Origin: Candidatus Shapirobacteria bacterium
Lineage (GTDB): Bacteria; Patescibacteriota; Microgenomatia; UBA12405
Reading direction: 5' to 3'
NCBI GenBank assembly: GCA_041659325.1
Contig: JBAZYN010000001.1
Location: 430,819 to 494,818 of the forward strand
Length of the DNA: 64,000 nt
Shown here: one piece after another, positions 10,194-19,623 of the stretch
Layout: each line of letters starts with the position of its first letter
Position numbering within the stretch: position 1 is the stretch's first letter
Notes under the pieces: generated by a model
The model's database searches: none
What the model saw: only the letters and a program-made list of their open reading frames with translations
What the model was told of the DNA's origin: nothing
Made by a program: the position numbers and the translations under genes

Positions 10194-11576
10194 ATGATAT
10201 TCATTCTTTCTCTTTTATTATTGCTTCTCAGCTACAATCAGTCTATTTTAGCATCCGAAAACATTTTTGGGGTGCATTTAACCCAACCACAGGACATTTA
10301 TACCGCAAAAGATATGATCAATAGTTCTGAGGGGGATTGGGGATGGGCCACAATTGTCATCAGAACCGATCAATTAAACCACCAAACTTGGCAGGACTTC
10401 TTTGACAATTGCCGTAAGTTCCACATTCAGCCCATTATCCGGCTAGCAACCGTGATGGAAAAAGAATGTTGGAAGCGGCCGGATTACACCGATATCGACA
10501 ATCTCGCCATATTTCTAAATTCTCTTAACTGGCCGGTCCGGGAACAGCCCGTAATCCTTTTTAACGAAATTAATCATGCCAAGGAGTGGGGTGGGGAAGT
10601 CGACATAAAAAATTACACCGACCTTGCCATTTACGCTTCCAAAAAATTCAAAGAACTTAACCCGAATTTCACTATTCTTACCAACGGTCTTGATCTGGCT
10701 GCCCCCGAAAACCCGCCTCTTAACAAATCGGCTAGCAATGTTTATCGGGAAATTTTTTTATACCGGCCGGAGTTTTTTGATTCAATCGACGCCATTGCCT
10801 CTCACTCCTACCCCAACCACGGCTATATTGGTACACCCAAAGACTCCGGGCAACACAGCATCAGAGGTTATCTGTGGGAGCAGGAATTTATCAAAAATCT
10901 CGGAATCAAAAAAATTTACCCAATATTTATCACCGAAACCGGCTGGCCCCACCGTCAGGGAGTCAAACCCGACAATGGTTTCTTTACCGCCGAAACCGCC
11001 ACCAGCTTTCTAAACCAGGCCTTCTCGATTTGGCAATCAGACCCCAACATCAAGGCCGTTACCCCCTTTATCTATAATTATCCGCATGAACCCTTCGATC
11101 ATTTTTCCTGGCTGAGCTTAGATGAAAAGCTGATGCCCGAATACCAAAAATTACTGGACACGCCAAAAAATCAAAATCAGCCGGAACAAATAACAAAATT
11201 CCATACCCAGGGCATAAAATTACCCTTTATCATTTTTACCGATACCGAATATACCGGAGAGATAGTATTAAAAAATATCGGCCAGTCAATTTGGGGAGAA
11301 AAAGGCAGTTTTTGCCTCAATCCCCAAACAACTCCAAATGTCCAACTAGACGCCATCTGCATCGGCAACGGCTTCATCTACCCAAATCAATCACTTCCCC
11401 TAAGTTTTAAATTCAAGATATTATCCGACAAAGAATTTAAAGGAAAAACTTATATTAGTTGGGAAAACACCGACACCTATCAGATTACCCCTTTTTATAG
11501 CAATGCCACTATCTACCGAAGTGAGCTCAGATTCAAAGACAAGATTATTAATTTTGTCGAAAAACTGATAAAATAG
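10194..11576 (+). CDS. Secreted clan GH-A-like glycoside hydrolase with C-terminal Ig-like domain
   Basis: Signal peptide, FNEIN acid/base motif, ASHSYP and FITETGWP nucleophile motif. Confidence 0.7.
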   Translation: MIFILSLLLLLLSYNQSILASENIFGVHLTQPQDIYTAKDMINSSEGDWGWATIVIRTDQLNHQTWQDFFDNCRKFHIQPIIRLATVMEKECWKRPDYTDIDNLAIFLNSLNWPVREQPVILFNEINHAKEWGGEVDIKNYTDLAIYASKKFKELNPNFTILTNGLDLAAPENPPLNKSASNVYREIFLYRPEFFDSIDAIASHSYPNHGYIGTPKDSGQHSIRGYLWEQEFIKNLGIKKIYPIFITETGWPHRQGVKPDNGFFTAETATSFLNQAFSIWQSDPNIKAVTPFIYNYPHEPFDHFSWLSLDEKLMPEYQKLLDTPKNQNQPEQITKFHTQGIKLPFIIFTDTEYTGEIVLKNIGQSIWGEKGSFCLNPQTTPNVQLDAICIGNGFIYPNQSLPLSFKFKILSDKEFKGKTYISWENTDTYQITPFYSNATIYRSELRFKDKIINFVEKLIK

Positions 11577-11614
11577 ACCGTATTATTTGACAATTTATAA
11601 GTACTCCGGTGCAG

Positions 11615-11686
11615 GCGCCCATAGCTCAATGGATAGAGTACTAGTCTTCGGAACTAGTGATGTGGGTCCGATTCCCACTGGGCGTA
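11615..11686 (+). tRNA. tRNA-Arg(TCG)
   Basis: GCGCCCATAGCTCAATGGATAGAGTACTAGT-CTTCGGA-ACTAG...GGGTCCGATTCCCACTGGGCGTA. Confidence 0.94.
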
Positions 11687-11694
11687 CTTTACTT

Positions 11695-11768
11695 GTCCTC
11701 GTAGCTCAGTTGGATAGAGCGCTTCCCTTCTAAGGAAGAGGTCACAGGTTCGATCCCTGTCGGGGATA
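11695..11768 (+). tRNA. tRNA-Arg(TCT)
   Basis: GTCCTCGTAGCTCAGTTGGATAGAGCGCTTCC-CTTCTAA-GGAAG...GGTTCGATCCCTGTCGGGGATA. Confidence 0.95.
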
Positions 11769-11778
11769 CCCATATTTC

Positions 11779-11831
11779 GGGTTGCTAGCTCAGGCCGGTA
11801 GATCCGCCCTCCCGGCGGACTCTTGAGCGAT
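11779..11831 (+). pseudogene. Broken 5' half-copy of tRNA-Lys carrying a TCCGCC..GGCGGA hairpin
   Basis: GGGTTGCTAGCTCAG..GGTAGA and CTCTT(G/A)AGCGAT match the adjacent tRNA-Lys. No T arm or 3' acceptor strand follows. Confidence 0.75.
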
Positions 11832-11852
11832 CATAAAATACTTTAAAAATAT

Positions 11853-11928
11853 GGGTTGCTAGCTCAGTTGGTAGAGCGATCGCCTCTTAAGCGATTGGTC
11901 GTGGGTTCGAGTCCCACGCAACCCACCA
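11853..11928 (+). tRNA. tRNA-Lys(CTT)
   Basis: GGGTTGCTAGCTCAGTTGGTAGAGCGATCGC-CTCTTAA-GCGAT...GCAACCCA-CCA. Confidence 0.96.
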
Positions 11929-11938
11929 CCAACAATCC

Positions 11939-12023
11939 GCCGCTGTGGTGAAATTGGTATACACGTACGCTTTAGGAGCGTATATCGCAAGATGTGGAGG
12001 TTCGAGTCCTCTCAGCGGCACCA
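11939..12023 (+). tRNA. tRNA-Leu(TAG)
   Basis: TACGC-TTTAGGA-GCGTA anticodon arm, variable arm, GGTTCGAGTCC and CCA. Confidence 0.96.
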
Positions 12024-12193
12024 AGGACATTTAAATCCCTTCGGTTTTTTTAAGCTCGACTAAAATATAACTACATATCAAAAAACAAGTAAGACTTATC
12101 ACAAATAAGACTGAAAGATATGATAATTTATATAAAAATGTGATAGAATAGGGCTATTAATGATACTTTTTTTATAAAGCAAGGAAATATAAT

Positions 12194-12373
12194 ATGGAAA
12201 CTATTATTCTAAAGGATAATCCTATTACTACAGATAGTACACTAATCAGGGATAAAACTTATCACCCGCCTGGGTCTATTATTAGTGTTGATCCAACTAC
12301 TGGTCTAAGAAGAGAGGTCGCCTCACCCGCACAAGATACAGAAAATAGAAGAGCGTTTTTTAGAAAAAAATAG
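12194..12373 (+). CDS. 59-aa hypothetical protein, below the ORF-track cutoff
   Basis: METIILKDNP...RRAFFRKK*, with AAGGA upstream, in AT-rich DNA after the tRNA cluster. Confidence 0.45.
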   Translation: METIILKDNPITTDSTLIRDKTYHPPGSIISVDPTTGLRREVASPAQDTENRRAFFRKK

Positions 12374-12525
12374 TCCGATCTTTAAACAGGCTTTAACGAA
12401 ACCTCTCAAACTGCCCCGCCAATAAAGATGGTCTGATATAAACCTGATCTCTTTAGAAAACGTTGTTGAAACGTTTAAATCCTAATTTATTACGTTTCAC
12501 CGCCAAATATTTGCTAAACTGAATC

Positions 12526-13305
12526 ATGTTGTTGTATCTTTTGTTAATTTTCTTCTTTTTCTCTCCCCCAAAATCTTACTCCCAGGAAGCCACTCCCGCC
12601 GCCGGTCTTTTTGACACCTACAAAACCGACTACCTCTATCAGCGAAAAATCTATCAGGAAAACTATCTCGACTATTCCAAAAAAAAGGAAATCCACACCC
12701 AATACGGCACCCTGATTACTCAAGCCGACAAAAACGAAGCTACCACCAAAACTCTCATCGCCAGAAACACCATGCTCAAGGCCTATCTTATGGCCATTAG
12801 AGTAAATATGGACCAATATGAAGACCAAGATCCCATCGAAACCGAAATAATCCAAATAGAATTAGCAAAGCTCGAAGAGTGGCTAGACGAACAAAATTCG
12901 ATAGTATCCTCTATCAACAATGAAAGCGATATCTCCGATTGGGCCGAAACGTTTAGATTCAAGTACATCACGATTCAACAACAAATTTATTCCTCTCTGG
13001 TCCAAAATGAAGTCAACCAGAAAACATTGGTTCTGAGAAAAATCCAAAAACTAGCCTCCGACATCCAAAATTCCCCCCAAGTCAGTCCCGAAAGTCAACA
13101 GTGGTTTTCTAGCCTACCGATAAAATCAGATTTGGTTGTCGCCAGTCTAGACAATGCCGTTAATAAAATGAAAAAAAAGCAGTACTCGGGCAATACTTTC
13201 AACAATTTTTACCCCGAAGCAAAAGCCGACCTCAATAAAGCCAATTTCTATCTATTAGAAATTATCGGTGACCTAAAATCAATTGTTTTAAAATTTACCA
13301 ACTAA
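12526..13305 (+). CDS. Secreted helical hypothetical protein
   Basis: Signal peptide and coiled-coil-like composition. Confidence 0.75.
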   Translation: MLLYLLLIFFFFSPPKSYSQEATPAAGLFDTYKTDYLYQRKIYQENYLDYSKKKEIHTQYGTLITQADKNEATTKTLIARNTMLKAYLMAIRVNMDQYEDQDPIETEIIQIELAKLEEWLDEQNSIVSSINNESDISDWAETFRFKYITIQQQIYSSLVQNEVNQKTLVLRKIQKLASDIQNSPQVSPESQQWFSSLPIKSDLVVASLDNAVNKMKKKQYSGNTFNNFYPEAKADLNKANFYLLEIIGDLKSIVLKFTN

Positions 13306-13306
13306 T

Positions 13307-13681
13307 ATGGCAGACGATCTCACCCAAAATATCGACACCCCACAGGACAATCCGGCCACCCCGGAAACGACCACTTCAAAAACAATTTTACCCAAAGATC
13401 CAAAAATCAAGCTTCTGGTCATTTTGGTCTCAGTCATAGCCATTCTTCTATTCATCGCCCTTATCGTTTCGGCCACAAAAAACGATCGGCCGACCCCCAA
13501 AAAGACCAAAGCTACCCCCACCCCCACAGAGTCTAATTTACCCCCTATTTCTCCCACCACCACCCTCGGTCAGTTTCCGGTAGAATTTCAGGCCCAGTTT
13601 GACGATATAGAAAAAGAAATGAACAGTCTGGAAAACTTACCTCCGCCCCAAATTGATACAAAAGTCGGCATCGAAGAATAA
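13307..13681 (+). CDS. Single-TM protein with Pro/Thr linker
   Basis: Coupled to the upstream ORF. One TM segment followed by a PT-rich tract. Confidence 0.7.
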   Translation: MADDLTQNIDTPQDNPATPETTTSKTILPKDPKIKLLVILVSVIAILLFIALIVSATKNDRPTPKKTKATPTPTESNLPPISPTTTLGQFPVEFQAQFDDIEKEMNSLENLPPPQIDTKVGIEE

Positions 13682-13727
13682 TTTATTCCAAGACAGCGAA
13701 AACTCCGATCGTAAGATCGTGGATTTT

Positions 13728-14291
13728 TTACTTCCTCGAAAGATACCCACCCGTTTCAGTGCTAATAGAAATCTCATCCCCAACTTTTACAAAAAGCGGG
13801 ACCTGAACTTTCGCCCCCGTATCTACCATCGCCGACTTCATCGCCGAAGTGGCCGTATCGCCCTTAACGGAATTTTCCGTTTCCACCACTTTACAAACAA
13901 TACTTTTGGGCAAAGTTACCCCCACCGGGTTTTCTTCATAAAATTTAATCCTGAAAAGCAAACCTTCCTTCAAATAAACCTTATCATCTCCCATAATCTC
14001 CACCGGCACCATATATTGCTCAAAACTCCGCGGCTCAATAAAAACATAATTTGCTCCGTCAAAATACGAATATTCAGCCTCATGAGTTTCCACCATCACT
14101 TCCTCAACCTTTTCCCCCGATTTATAAGTAAATTCAACCACCCTTCCCGTATACAAGGACTTTAATTTCGTTTTATAAAACGCCGATCCCTTTCCGGGAG
14201 AAACAAAGGAAATATCCACCACCATGTGTGGCTCATCATGAAACATTATGTAAATTCCTTTTTTGAATTGTGCTGTCGAGATTGTCCCCAT
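13728..14291 (-). CDS. efp: Elongation factor P
   Basis: PGKGSAF loop, KGDTAT, VQVPLFVKVGD and YLSR. Confidence 0.97.
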   Translation of the reverse strand: MGTISTAQFKKGIYIMFHDEPHMVVDISFVSPGKGSAFYKTKLKSLYTGRVVEFTYKSGEKVEEVMVETHEAEYSYFDGANYVFIEPRSFEQYMVPVEIMGDDKVYLKEGLLFRIKFYEENPVGVTLPKSIVCKVVETENSVKGDTATSAMKSAMVDTGAKVQVPLFVKVGDEISISTETGGYLSRK

Positions 14292-14473
14292 GTCTGGTAT
14301 TTTACCTCCAAATTTTGGATTTTGCTAAAGCTGCTTCCCAAGTTTAAACCAAAAAAAATCCCAGAGCATGCTTTTTAGAGGAGCCACCCCGGGATCTGAT
14401 GTGTAATATATCATAATATTATAAATACGTCAATTATACTAATCAGATACACACCCTCGCCGACTATGTCACA

Positions 14474-15094
14474 TTAGTATTCACCCGTTTCCATTTGGCG
14501 GATAAATTGATTTACCCCCCGTGCCCAAGAACCATCAGAGTAAGGGCAATACTTTTTCATAATTAACTCCGCCGTATTCAAGCCCTTTTCAAAATACACC
14601 CTGTTTAGATATTCTGCGTAACTTCTTAGGGCCAAATCATAACTTTCAAACCGCAAAGTTCCTTTAGAATGTATCCCATAACCCCAACAGTTAAATGAAC
14701 CCTCCGGGATTTTTTTGCACAAATTTGACTCCTGTTGGGCAATCGCCGGTATCCAATAATACTCAAAACCATAGGTATCGGACAGCTCACATATCAGCTC
14801 AGCGTAGTCAGCCAGCGGAGATTTATATTTTTCCAGATACCGCCTCACAATCAAGGGCCTGGCATCCGCCACCTCAAACTCCCCATTTCTGACAACATTT
14901 GTGTCTTCTTCATTCGACGCCGAGACAGCCAACCCCTCGTTACTACCCATGTCGTAAACAACGCTATAAGTTGATTTATGGCCGGGTTGATACTTTACAA
15001 AAGTCACTGTTTCCCACAGCAAAAATAATACCGATATTACACCAAACACCGACAAAAAGACCAGTCTTCCCACCACCAATATTGTTCTCTGCAT
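14474..15094 (-). CDS. Membrane-anchored lysozyme-like (glucosaminidase-like) protein
   Basis: N-terminal TM, IPAIAQQES catalytic-Glu helix, NCWGYG and YCP...W motifs. Confidence 0.6.
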   Translation of the reverse strand: MQRTILVVGRLVFLSVFGVISVLFLLWETVTFVKYQPGHKSTYSVVYDMGSNEGLAVSASNEEDTNVVRNGEFEVADARPLIVRRYLEKYKSPLADYAELICELSDTYGFEYYWIPAIAQQESNLCKKIPEGSFNCWGYGIHSKGTLRFESYDLALRSYAEYLNRVYFEKGLNTAELIMKKYCPYSDGSWARGVNQFIRQMETGEY

Positions 15095-15123
15095 TCGTAT
15101 TTCATGATATCATACCCCTACTT

Positions 15124-15966
15124 ATGAAAACAAACGTCAACGATATCGAGAAACAAAAAAACAAGACCTTTATCCTGAAAATCGTTCTCACCACAGAGGA
15201 GATAAATAGGGAATATACCTCCTCCCTAAAATCCGTCCAGTCAGGGTTTGAAACCAAAGGTTTTAGAAAAGGAAAAGCCCCTCTTGACCTGGTAGAGCAG
15301 CAAATTTCAAAACCAAAAATTCTCGAAGAAGTTGCCTCTCACCTTATCTCTCAGGCCTACGATCAAAAAATCAAAGAAAACAATCTCAAACCCATTATCC
15401 AACCTCAGATAAAAATTACAAATCCGCCCATCACCCTCGAAAAAGATTGGGAGATCGAAATCATTGGTTGCGAGTTGCCGGAAATTGAAATTGATCCAAA
15501 ATATCAGCCTCAAGTCATCAAAATTAATTCTGCACCAGAAAAAAAAGAGCCCAAGGCCGAAAATGATCATGACCACAAACACGACAAATTGGACGAAATT
15601 TTAAACACGCTAATAAAACACTGCCGCGTCGATCTGCCCCCGATATTAATCAACTCTGATATCGAAAACCGCATGTCTCAGTTAGTCGATCAAACCTCCC
15701 AGGCAGGCATTACCGTTACCCAATATCTCAAAACCAGAAATCAGACTCTTGAACAATATAGGGCCGTCTTAACCCAGCAAATAGTAAACGAGTGGACCGT
15801 AAATCTTGCCATCGACAAAATCTCAAAAGATCAAAAAATGGAAGTCACCAAAGAAGAGACTGAGGCCCTTCTCAAACAAAACCCCAAAATGGCCAATAAC
15901 CCAAATCTGGTTTACTACCTTATCACTCAGCAAAAGGTTTTTGACTACCTTCAACACCTCAGATAA
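15124..15966 (+). CDS. tig: Trigger factor, short form without the FKBP domain
   Basis: GFRKGKAP ribosome-binding motif joined directly to the C-terminal helical domain (280 aa). Confidence 0.88.
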   Translation: MKTNVNDIEKQKNKTFILKIVLTTEEINREYTSSLKSVQSGFETKGFRKGKAPLDLVEQQISKPKILEEVASHLISQAYDQKIKENNLKPIIQPQIKITNPPITLEKDWEIEIIGCELPEIEIDPKYQPQVIKINSAPEKKEPKAENDHDHKHDKLDEILNTLIKHCRVDLPPILINSDIENRMSQLVDQTSQAGITVTQYLKTRNQTLEQYRAVLTQQIVNEWTVNLAIDKISKDQKMEVTKEETEALLKQNPKMANNPNLVYYLITQQKVFDYLQHLR

Positions 15967-16019
15967 CTAGCTATACCAAAATATATCTTTTCAAGCTAAT
16001 TAGTGTTATAATACTTGCC

Positions 16020-16595
16020 ATGGCAGGTGGGTATTTACTTAAACCAAGTACCAACAAAACCGGTAACTACAAAGTTAACGGTTTTTCAAATGAAATAATT
16101 AAAGGGGACCGTGATGAAGCACCAAAGAAAAAAACTGGTCTAATGGGTATTTTAGGTCTCGGTCAAAGTGTAGAAATCAGCAAACCGAAGCTAAGCTGGG
16201 GAAACGAGTTTTTGGGCGGAGTAAGTCACCTTCAACAGGAAGAAAACCTTTTGCTCAAAAATCAACAAACCGAGCTCAAAAAAACCATCGAGTCCCTCCA
16301 ACAAGAAATCAAAAAGCTCATCAAGGCCACCGATAGCCTAAATACCGATGTCGAAAAAATCGCCCTCGAGCCGATTGTAGAGGTCAGTGAGTATCAGCTT
16401 CACTTCCTTGACCGGGTAAAAATATTTATCGCCAACCTTCGAAAAAATCTATCTCAGGCCTCAACCTGGCTCGAATCATTCCAATCCAAGAAACGCAAAA
16501 AAAATGCCTTCTGGAGTAAGGTAAAAAATAAAAAGGAAGGGGGAGAGCAATATCTTTTTAGCGGTGAGCACTCCGCCGCCCGCTCCACCTCTTAA
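16020..16595 (+). CDS. Coiled-coil hypothetical protein (DUF5660-like)
   Basis: Central coiled coil, YQLHFLDR..WL..KKRKK..FW and a C-terminal SGEH. The family name is from recall only. Confidence 0.65.
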   Translation: MAGGYLLKPSTNKTGNYKVNGFSNEIIKGDRDEAPKKKTGLMGILGLGQSVEISKPKLSWGNEFLGGVSHLQQEENLLLKNQQTELKKTIESLQQEIKKLIKATDSLNTDVEKIALEPIVEVSEYQLHFLDRVKIFIANLRKNLSQASTWLESFQSKKRKKNAFWSKVKNKKEGGEQYLFSGEHSAARSTS

Positions 16596-16636
16596 TTTTT
16601 ACTATTTCACCAACAAATCCTTTTTTAAAACACCCG

Positions 16637-16763
16637 GTCATTGCTCCCACTCACGCATTACGCCTGTCCGCCTTTGGCGTAAGGGGATTATTCCCGTGGC
16701 AATCTTTCCCACCCCGTCATTGCACCTGCCCGCCTCTGGAGGGGAGGGATTAAGGGTAGATTT
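16637..16763. repeat. Nested cluster of palindromic elements
   Basis: Contains GTCATTGC..GTGGCAATCT, CCTGTCCGCCTTTGGCG and CCTGCCCGCC..GGGGAGGGATTAAGGGTAGATTT pieces that recur elsewhere in the window. Confidence 0.7.
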
Positions 16764-16795
16764 CGACAAAAATTATAGATATACTAGGCCATCTC

Positions 16796-16869
16796 GAGTC
16801 TATAGCTCAGTTGGTTAGAGCGCTTCGTTGACATCGAAGAGGTCAGAGGTCCGAGTCCTCTTAGACTCA
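16796..16869 (+). tRNA. tRNA-Val(GAC)
   Basis: GAGTCTATAGCTCAGTTGGTTAGAGCGCTTCG-TTGACAT-CGAAG...GGTCCGAGTCCTCTTAGACTCA. Confidence 0.95.
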
Positions 16870-16886
16870 CAAACCCCCTCAAGCCA

Positions 16887-16946
16887 AAGAGGTCAGAGGG
16901 GAGTTTATCCTGAGCGAAGTCGAAGGAAGTCCTCTTAGACTCACCA
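16887..16946 (+). pseudogene. Duplicated 3' half of tRNA-Val(GAC), interrupted in the T-loop
   Basis: AAGAGGTCAGAGG, then a 28-nt insert containing ATCCTGAGCGAAGTCGAAGGA, then AGTCCTCTTAGACTCACCA. Confidence 0.85.
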
Positions 16947-17063
16947 TGCTATACATAAATCAATACTCAACTACATCGCCCGATCGGGCACAAGATTCTC
17001 GCCTCTGAATCGGGCCTCCTGTCTGTTTTGTTTTTTCCTATTATTTCTTATAAAATACATCAT

Positions 17064-18809
17064 ATGTCAGAACTTAAAGACCTCCGCCATTCCGCGGAAC
17101 ACATTTTAACCCAAACCATGCTCCGGCTTTATCCGGACAAATTTATTATGGCCATGGGTCCCGCCACCGACGACGGTTTTTACTTCGATTTCGAGACAGT
17201 AGGGGATTTCAAAATCAATGAATCCGATTTTCCGGTCATCGAGACCGAAATGAAAAAAATCGTCAAAGAAAACCTTCCCATTATCAAAAAAGAAATTACT
17301 CTCGCCGAGGCCAAAAAACTTTTTTCCGATAATCCCTACAAACTCGAATGGCTAGATAGCATTACTAATCGTGATGAAGCTATCACCATTTATTCCACCG
17401 GTGATGATTTTATTGATCTCTGCGCCGGTCCCCATGTCCGCTATACAAGCCAGGTCAAAGCCTTCAAATTGCTTTCGATAGCCGGCGCCTATTGGCACGG
17501 AGACGAAAAAAACAAAATGCTTACCCGTATTTATGGTACCGCCTTCGAGAACAAAGAAGCTTTAGAAAAGTATCTTCTTAACATCGAAGAAGCCAAAAAA
17601 CGGGACCATCGTAAATTAGGGCCACAACTGGGCTTGTTCTTCTTGGCTGAAACTGCTCCGGGTATGCCCTATTGGCTTCCAAAAGGTACCGTCATTATTA
17701 ATGAATTGCTAAAATTTTGGCGTGAAGAACACCAAAAACGTGGTTATTTTGAAACGATTACTCCTCAACTAAACAAAAAACAACTCTACGAAACTTCTGG
17801 CCATTGGGAGCATTATCGTGAAAACATGTTTATTTGCGACATGGGCGAAGAAGGTACTTACTGCCTCAAACCCATGAATTGCCCCAATGCCATGACCATT
17901 TTTCAACAGACAAAACATAGCTATCGGGAATTACCTCTCCGCCTGTCCGACTGCGATGCTCTTCATCGCCATGAAAAATCCGGGCAACTAAGCGGCCTTC
18001 TGCGCGTTCAAAAATTTGCCCAGGATGATGCTCATATCTTTGTCACCGAGGCACAAATCAAGGATGAATACAAAAGAATTCTGGAAATTGCCCATCTTTT
18101 TTATTCTGTCTTTGACATAAAATTCAAAATTCGACTGGGTACCCGCCCCGATGATTTTATGGGCGACATTGAAACCTGGGACAAGGCCGAAAAAGAGCTT
18201 GAACAAATTCTCATCGACAACAAATTTGACTATTTCATTGGCAAAGGTGAAGGTGCTTTTTATGGTCCCAAACTGGACATCCTCATGGACGACTGTTTAG
18301 ATCGGCAGTGGCAAACCGGGACCATCCAACTTGATTTTCAGTTGCCCCGAAAATTTGATCTCAAATATACCGATTCCGACGGCACCGAAAAAACTCCGGT
18401 TGTCATCCATCGGGTAATCTACGGTTCTTTAGAAAGATTTATGGGTATCTTAATCGAGCAGTTTGCCGGTGCCTTCCCAGTCTGGCTCTCACCAATTCAG
18501 GCCAAAATAATCCCCATCACCGATAATCAACTTGAGTATGCTCAAAAAATCCAAAATATTTTACTTGAAAGCAATCTTCGGGTAGAAATAGACGACCGGG
18601 CCGAAACCATGCAAAACAAAATCCGCTCAGCCGCCATGGAAAAAATCCCATATCTGATCATAGTAGGAGACAGGGAAGCCAAGTCTTCCGACAATCAAAT
18701 CTCGGTCCGCCAACGGGACGGTCAGGATCTGGGTTCCATGCCTCTGGAAAATTTCCTAAAGCAAATTATCGGGCAAATTAGCACAAAGAGCTTAAACCTG
18801 ATAAAATAG
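17064..18809 (+). CDS. thrS: Threonine--tRNA ligase
   Basis: RHSAEH, DLCAGPH, RDHRKLG, KPMNCP and GEGAFYGPKLD motifs. Confidence 0.98.
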   Translation: MSELKDLRHSAEHILTQTMLRLYPDKFIMAMGPATDDGFYFDFETVGDFKINESDFPVIETEMKKIVKENLPIIKKEITLAEAKKLFSDNPYKLEWLDSITNRDEAITIYSTGDDFIDLCAGPHVRYTSQVKAFKLLSIAGAYWHGDEKNKMLTRIYGTAFENKEALEKYLLNIEEAKKRDHRKLGPQLGLFFLAETAPGMPYWLPKGTVIINELLKFWREEHQKRGYFETITPQLNKKQLYETSGHWEHYRENMFICDMGEEGTYCLKPMNCPNAMTIFQQTKHSYRELPLRLSDCDALHRHEKSGQLSGLLRVQKFAQDDAHIFVTEAQIKDEYKRILEIAHLFYSVFDIKFKIRLGTRPDDFMGDIETWDKAEKELEQILIDNKFDYFIGKGEGAFYGPKLDILMDDCLDRQWQTGTIQLDFQLPRKFDLKYTDSDGTEKTPVVIHRVIYGSLERFMGILIEQFAGAFPVWLSPIQAKIIPITDNQLEYAQKIQNILLESNLRVEIDDRAETMQNKIRSAAMEKIPYLIIVGDREAKSSDNQISVRQRDGQDLGSMPLENFLKQIIGQISTKSLNLIK

Positions 18810-18814
18810 GCACA

Positions 18815-19387
18815 ATGGCATATCAAAGATCCGACCAAAATTTGCGCTATTACAACACCAACAATCGTATCAGCGCCGCAACTGTCCGGCTTTTGGACGA
18901 AGATGGTAAGCAAATAGGTATTGTTCCTCTTGCTGAAGCTCGTCAAAAGAGCTTCGAAACCGGGCTTGACCTGGTAGAAATTGCCGCCCGCGCCGTCCCG
19001 CCGGTGGTCAAGCTCATCAGTTTTACCAAATTCAGGTATCAGGAGGCCAAAAAGCTAAAATCCGAAAAGAAAGGCATAAAAGGCGGCGGGCTAAAAGAAA
19101 TCCAAATGACACCCTTCATCAGTCAAAACGATTATGAAACCAGAATTAAAAAATCACAAAAATTTTTAACTACTGGAAATAAAGTCAAATTAAGTATAAA
19201 ATTCCAAGGTCGCCAAATTGCCCGAAAAGAATTTGGCTATAACTTGGTTGAAAAATTCAAAAACGACCTCAAGGAATACTCTGTTCCCGAAGGTGAACCA
19301 AAATTAATCGGCAAAAGATTAATGTTTACTCTGTCGCCTTCCACCAAAAAGAAAGCGGCTACAAAAAATGAAGAAAGTCAAAAATAA
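18815..19387 (+). CDS. infC: Translation initiation factor IF-3
   Basis: VRLLDEDGKQIG, GLDLVEI, GNKVK..FQGRQ, and position after thrS. Confidence 0.97.
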   Translation: MAYQRSDQNLRYYNTNNRISAATVRLLDEDGKQIGIVPLAEARQKSFETGLDLVEIAARAVPPVVKLISFTKFRYQEAKKLKSEKKGIKGGGLKEIQMTPFISQNDYETRIKKSQKFLTTGNKVKLSIKFQGRQIARKEFGYNLVEKFKNDLKEYSVPEGEPKLIGKRLMFTLSPSTKKKAATKNEESQK

Positions 19388-19577
19388 GCTAAAAACCAGA
19401 AAATCTGTCAGAAACAGGTTTGAAGTCACCAAAAATGGTGTTGTTCTACGTATGTCTTCATTTAACCGGCATCTTCGCCGCAAAAAAAGCAAAAAACAGC
19501 TCCGCCGGCTCAAAGGTAAGCAACCCGTCCTCGGCCGATTCGCCATAAAGGTTAAAAAGCTCCTGGGAAGAGCATAA
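19368..19577 (+). CDS. rpmI: 50S ribosomal protein L35
   Basis: KLKTRKSVRNRFEVTKNG...HLRRKKS, lying between infC and rplT. Confidence 0.95.
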   Translation: MKKVKNKLKTRKSVRNRFEVTKNGVVLRMSSFNRHLRRKKSKKQLRRLKGKQPVLGRFAIKVKKLLGRA

Positions 19578-19587
19578 CATTATAGTT

Positions 19588-19623
19588 TTCTCCCTTGTCA
19601 AAGGGAGAATTAAAGAGGGATTT
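19588..19623 (+). repeat. 36-bp dispersed palindrome, exact copy 2 of 3, abutting the rplT ATG
   Basis: Identical to 8967-9002 and 54354-54389. Confidence 0.95.

Noticed and set aside
16950-17063. T-box riboswitch before thrS (or pheS)
   Set aside because: No T-box consensus is visible, and -10 boxes sit directly before both start codons.
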